Position numbers and translations under genes: made by a program
The notes under the pieces: model-generated
The model's database searches: none
Told to the model about the DNA's origin: nothing
The model's input: only the letters and a program-made list of their open reading frames with translations
Shown: in pieces, positions 59,773 through 64,000 of the stretch
How positions within the stretch are numbered: the stretch's first letter is position 1
Layout of the letters: every line of letters begins with the position of its first letter
Source of the DNA: Myxococcota bacterium
GTDB taxonomy: Bacteria > Myxococcota_A > SURF-8
Length of the DNA: 64,000 nucleotides
Assembly (NCBI GenBank): GCA_963674735.2
Contig: CAXXQS010000001.1
Location: forward strand, 2,336,001-2,400,000
Reading direction: 5' to 3'

Positions 59773-62700
59773 ATGATTGAATTCATCATACAGCGTCGTC
59801 TGCTGGTGCTGATCCTGACGGCCCTGGTTATTCTCATCGGTGTCATCTCATGGACACGACTGCCCATCGACGCCTTTCCCGACGCGACCAACCAGCAGGT
59901 GATGATTCTGACGGAAGCACCGGGCCTTGGGCCGCTCGACGTCGAACAGCAGGTCAGCTTTCCCATCGAGACGGTTATGGGTGGGCTACCGTACGTCAAA
60001 CTCGTGCGCTCCATGTCCAAAACCGCACTTTCGCAAGTCGTGGTTATCTTCGAGGATCATGTGGACACCTATTTCGCCCGGCAGTTGGTTTTCGAGCGCC
60101 TGCAGCTGGCGAAAGAGCAACTTCCACCGGGCCTCGATCCTGAGATGGGGCCGATCAGCACCGGCCTTGGCGAGGTATTCCAGTACACACTGGAAAGCGA
60201 AAGCCACAGCTTGACGGAGTTGCGCACCATGCAGGATTGGCTGGTCGCACCTCGCTTGCGAACGATTCCCGGTGTCAACGAGGTCAACAGTTTCGGTGGA
60301 CTCGTGCGTCAAATCGAAGTCCGAGTCGATCCCGACCGGCTTTTGAAGTACGGCTTGACGCTCTCCGAGGTCGTCGAAGCGCTGGAATCAGCCAATGCCA
60401 ATGCGGGCGGCTCCTTTGTCATTCGCGACTGGGAGCAGGAGAATATCCGCAACGTCGGTCTGTTTGGCTCGCCGGATGACGTCCGACACGTTGTGTTGAA
60501 GAGTGAAGGCGGCGCACCGGTAACGATAACGGAAGTCGCCGAGGTGGTTGAAAGCCACATGACCCGGCTGGGCGGCGTCAGTCGTGACGGGAAAGGCGAG
60601 GTTGTGGCGGGCATGGTCATCATGCTCAAGGGAGAAAATGCCCAGGAGGTCGTCGAGCGGGTCAAGGCGGCCATTCCCTCTATCGAACGCGCCCTGCCGA
60701 AGGGGGTCAGCTTCAATGCCTTTTACGACCGCACGGAACTCGTCGCCGCCGTCATCGATACGGTAAGCAGTGCGCTGATGCAGGGTGGCTTGTTCGTCGT
60801 TCTGGTTCTTTTCCTGCTCGTCGGCAACCTGCGAGCGGCCTTGACCGTGGCCTTCAGTTTGCCTATGACGGCGTTGGTGGCCTTCGTTTTCATGGATGCC
60901 GCACAGCTTAGCGCCAACCTGATGACTCTCGGCGGACTTGCCATCGCCATCGGCATGGTGGTGGACGGCTCCATCGTCGTCACGGAAAACGTGACGCGGC
61001 ATCTTCGCGAAAAGAGAAACGACGACCGTCTGACCGTCATCGCGGACGCCGTTCGAGAAGTCGCCCGACCGATTGTCTTTTCCATCCTCATCATCGTGCT
61101 GGTCTTTGTGCCGCTGTTCACGTTGGAAGGCATGGAAGGGAAGATGTTCAAGCCGCTGGCGACCACCATGATCTTCGCCATGCTGGGATCGCTAATCGTC
61201 GCCATAACCGCTGTTCCCGTGTTGATTTCCTTTTTGATGAAAGCGGGTCGCGTTGACCGGGAAACATGGTTGATCCGCCGTCTTCGGAACCGCTACGCCA
61301 AGGCTTTGAACACCGTTATCGACCACCGCAAAATCGTTCTTTCAGTCACGGTGCTGATTTTCCTGGCGACTCTGGCCGTCGTTCCTCGGCTCGGCACCGA
61401 GTTCCTACCGGAGTTGGATGAGGGAGCTATCGCCATCAACGTCGTACGCCTGCCGAACGCCTCGATCGAGGGGTCTGTGATAACCAGTGGATTCATGGAA
61501 AAGGAGTTGCTGACGTTTCCCGAAGTGAAAACGGTGGTGTCGAAAACCGGACGGGCCGAAATCTCCGAAGACCCGATGGGACCGGAGCAGACCGATCTGC
61601 TCATCAAGCTACATCCGGCATCCGAGTGGACAAGCGGACGCGACAAAGCGACGTTGATCGCAGCTATTCAGCAGCGTTTGGAGCGTATTCCCGGTATCCG
61701 TCTGGCCTTCAGCCAACCGATCGCCCTACGTGTGAACGAGTTGATCTCCGGCGTCAAGAGCGATCTGGCCGTCAAGGTGTTCGGCTCGGATATCGACTTG
61801 CTCAAAGAGAAAGCCGACACGGTCGCCTCGGTCTTGCGGGGAATCGAAGGTGCAGAGGATGTCAGCGTCGAGCAGGTGGCGGGTTTCAGCCAACTGGAGA
61901 TCGTCGCCGACCGCAGAGAAATGGCCCGCTTCGGTACTCGCATGGAAGATATTAACGAACTGGTGGAGATGGCCATCGGCGGTGCGATTGTCACCCAACT
62001 GGTCGAAGGTCAAATGCGTTTTGGTGTGAAGGTGCGCTTTCCCAAAGAACGACGCAATAGCATCGAAAGCATTTCAGCGTTGCTCGTTCCGTCCTCAAGC
62101 GGTGCGAGAGTCCCCCTGGGTCGCATCGCCGAGATCAAGCGGATCGAAGGTCCGGCTCAGATCAGCCGGGAAAACAACATGCGCCGAGTCGTTGTCGAAG
62201 CCAACGTGCGCGGGCGCGACCTGGGCAGTTTCGTTGCCGAATCGCAACGGAAACTGACCGCCTTATCCGACTCACTTCCACCGGGCTATTGGATTGATTT
62301 CGGCGGTACCTTCGAGAGCCAGCAGCGCGCCATGAAACGCCTGAGCATTGTGGTGCCGGTCAGCATTCTGTTGATCTTTCTAATGCTGATTTCAGCTCTT
62401 GGCTCTTTGAAAACAGCCGCCATCGTACTGGTCAATCTGCCATTCGCACTCGTCGGCGGGTTACTTGCCATGCTGGCGTTCGGCATCACGCTGAATGTCC
62501 CGGCCACGATTGGCTTCATCGCCCTTTTCGGCGTGGCGGTCCAGAACGGAACCGTGCTGGTCAGTTTCTTTCAGCAATTGCAAAGGGAGGGACTGGCCGT
62601 GCGTGACGCCGTCATTCAGGCGGGGAGTCTACGCTTGCGAGCCCTACTCATGACCGCTGCCACGACCGTACTGGGGTTACTACCCATGCTCTACGCCACC

Positions 62701-62835
62701 GGACCGGGATCGGACGTGCAACGGCCGCTGGCGGTGGTCGTCATCGGTGGACTGCTCAGTGCAACGGTGCTGACACTGTTTGTTCTACCCATGCTTTTGG
62801 TGTGGGTAAATTCGGAAAAGGAGAATCACTCATGA
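59773..62835 (+). CDS. czcA: CusA/CzcA family heavy-metal RND permease
   Basis: LPIDAFPD, GPISTGLGE, GMVVDGSIV, EGKMFKPLA, FSQPI..RVNELISG, QRPLA.VVIGG. Confidence 0.95.
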   Translation: MIEFIIQRRLLVLILTALVILIGVISWTRLPIDAFPDATNQQVMILTEAPGLGPLDVEQQVSFPIETVMGGLPYVKLVRSMSKTALSQVVVIFEDHVDTYFARQLVFERLQLAKEQLPPGLDPEMGPISTGLGEVFQYTLESESHSLTELRTMQDWLVAPRLRTIPGVNEVNSFGGLVRQIEVRVDPDRLLKYGLTLSEVVEALESANANAGGSFVIRDWEQENIRNVGLFGSPDDVRHVVLKSEGGAPVTITEVAEVVESHMTRLGGVSRDGKGEVVAGMVIMLKGENAQEVVERVKAAIPSIERALPKGVSFNAFYDRTELVAAVIDTVSSALMQGGLFVVLVLFLLVGNLRAALTVAFSLPMTALVAFVFMDAAQLSANLMTLGGLAIAIGMVVDGSIVVTENVTRHLREKRNDDRLTVIADAVREVARPIVFSILIIVLVFVPLFTLEGMEGKMFKPLATTMIFAMLGSLIVAITAVPVLISFLMKAGRVDRETWLIRRLRNRYAKALNTVIDHRKIVLSVTVLIFLATLAVVPRLGTEFLPELDEGAIAINVVRLPNASIEGSVITSGFMEKELLTFPEVKTVVSKTGRAEISEDPMGPEQTDLLIKLHPASEWTSGRDKATLIAAIQQRLERIPGIRLAFSQPIALRVNELISGVKSDLAVKVFGSDIDLLKEKADTVASVLRGIEGAEDVSVEQVAGFSQLEIVADRREMARFGTRMEDINELVEMAIGGAIVTQLVEGQMRFGVKVRFPKERRNSIESISALLVPSSSGARVPLGRIAEIKRIEGPAQISRENNMRRVVVEANVRGRDLGSFVAESQRKLTALSDSLPPGYWIDFGGTFESQQRAMKRLSIVVPVSILLIFLMLISALGSLKTAAIVLVNLPFALVGGLLAMLAFGITLNVPATIGFIALFGVAVQNGTVLVSFFQQLQREGLAVRDAVIQAGSLRLRALLMTAATTVLGLLPMLYATGPGSDVQRPLAVVVIGGLLSATVLTLFVLPMLLVWVNSEKENHS

Positions 62836-63071
62836 AAACACGCAGACAAATGGAAAAGTAAACCGCTTTTAGGAACTTTGAGTGCCGTTTTAAGCAAGGT
62901 GGACGTCGGAATGCAATAGATGGGAAAGAAATCGGTATGACGTGAAACCGCTGCGGCATCGATACCGGAGACGGTATGGGATCGGCGGAGGGGCGATCTT
63001 GCGCGGGATGAAAATGCGTTCAGCGGAGAACGGCAACGAAGCGGGCACTCGGTGGGAAGCCATAAAACAGA

Positions 63072-63104
63072 AAAACCTTGGAACCGTTATGATTCCAAGG
63101 CTTT
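63072..63104 (-). terminator. Hairpin and U-tract downstream of the tRNA
   Basis: CCTTGGAA...TTCCAAGG stem followed by TTTTTCTGTTTT on the minus strand. Confidence 0.65.
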
Positions 63105-63109
63105 ATTTC

Positions 63110-63185
63110 TGGTGCGCCCAGCAGGACTCGAACCTGCGGCCACCGGGTTCGAAGCCCGATGCTCTTCCAGCTGAGCTATAGGCGC
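63110..63185 (-). tRNA. tRNA-Arg (anticodon UCG)
   Basis: GCGCCTA acceptor with encoded CCA, D-arm GCTC/GAGC with A20, anticodon loop CT-TCG-AA, T-arm GCAGG-TTCGAGT-CCTGC; TTGACA-17-TATGCT promoter at 63227-63199. Confidence 0.95.
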
Positions 63186-63272
63186 TAACGCGGGGCCGAG
63201 CATAGTCCGCCGCGTGACGTTTGTCAACGATTCTGCGTTATCGCGAACGTTTTCTTGCTGAAAACCTCTTCC

Positions 63273-64000
63273 TTACACATTGTCGGAATCCGCCATGGTG
63301 AGCACCCAGTGACGCGGGTGCGCCCAGCCTTCCCGGCGCAAGCGTTCGACCTGGGTTTTGGGAACGATAAACGGCAGCCGCTTGACCGGAATATAACCGA
63401 AACCCGCCAAAGCGGACAGATAGAACCGATGGGGCGTAATCCAGGCATCCACCAGGCAAACCCCGTCGGCGCGGAAATCGGCCTCGGCCAGTTTGAGCAG
63501 CGCATGAAAAATCCGAGGCTGATAGGCGGGCACGCAGAAATCGGCCAGAAAACCGAAAACCCGGTCGCGCGACTCCGCGCGCACCTTCGTGACCAACCAC
63601 GCCGCCGGGTGACCGTTGAGTGTGGCGCGGTATATACGGTAGGTATCGGGATTTTCATCGTAACGCCAACACAGGTAATCGGCATCCTTCACCACACCCG
63701 CTTCGCTCCGGTTCAAAGCATCATGCCAAACCAGATCGGCCCAGGGGCCGAAAGAGGTCACGCGATCGACCGTCAGATCCTGGCGGCAGGGACCGATCAG
63801 GCGGCGCAGCCCGGCACGACCCGCCGAAAGCCCCGACCCCAGAATCGACCCGCTCCAGTTCGGCAGAACGTCGGGTAACAAGGCCTCGGGTTTGAGCGGC
63901 AACACCATCCGCCAGACGTCGAACACATGCGCCATATCCATCTTGCGCACCCAGCCGGGATAGGCCACCGGGTTGGGGAAACCGTAGATGGGAAAATAAC
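63273..64000 (-). CDS. Probable GNAT-family N-acetyltransferase, C-terminal part; 5' end outside window
   Basis: IYGFPN at the edge, YLCWRY..NP..Y, C-terminal W.LTMADSD, typical of tandem-GNAT proteins. Confidence 0.65.
   Translation of the reverse strand, partial: YFPIYGFPNPVAYPGWVRKMDMAHVFDVWRMVLPLKPEALLPDVLPNWSGSILGSGLSAGRAGLRRLIGPCRQDLTVDRVTSFGPWADLVWHDALNRSEAGVVKDADYLCWRYDENPDTYRIYRATLNGHPAAWLVTKVRAESRDRVFGFLADFCVPAYQPRIFHALLKLAEADFRADGVCLVDAWITPHRFYLSALAGFGYIPVKRLPFIVPKTQVERLRREGWAHPRHWVLTMADSDNV

Noticed and set aside
62942-63181. 79-aa ORF overlapping the tRNA
   Set aside because: It is the antisense translation of the tRNA gene and its terminator.

Overview
Bacterial genomic window, mostly GC-rich, with gene content resembling Myxococcota or other deltaproteobacterial lineages (inferred from content, not proven). 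About 44 CDSs and one tRNA-Arg(UCG); no rRNA, CRISPR array, integrase or transposase was seen. Housekeeping genes include mnmG, feoAB, ssb, cysK with an Rrf2 regulator, a YhcC-type radical SAM protein, and wbpE/wbpD-like genes with an O-antigen-ligase/TPR gene. Transport and signalling modules include an MMPL/RND transporter, an HlyD plus two ABC permeases, a czcICBA-like operon, two hybrid kinases, and a kinase / REC-SLC13 fusion / REC operon. Main observations: (1) at least seven unrelated secreted lipoproteins share an acidic 'DGD'-repeat tether, a possible lineage-wide surface-display system; (2) a DASS transporter is fused to a receiver domain and its substrate motifs are rewritten; (3) an Rv3679/Rv3680-like ArsA/Get3 ATPase pair lies directly upstream of a large lipoprotein whose PHP-like domain has lost nearly all metal ligands; (4) an AT-rich block (BacNav-like channel plus stand-alone HsdR_N nuclease) abuts an isolated mnmG. 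All family calls come from motif recognition by eye; no database searches were run.
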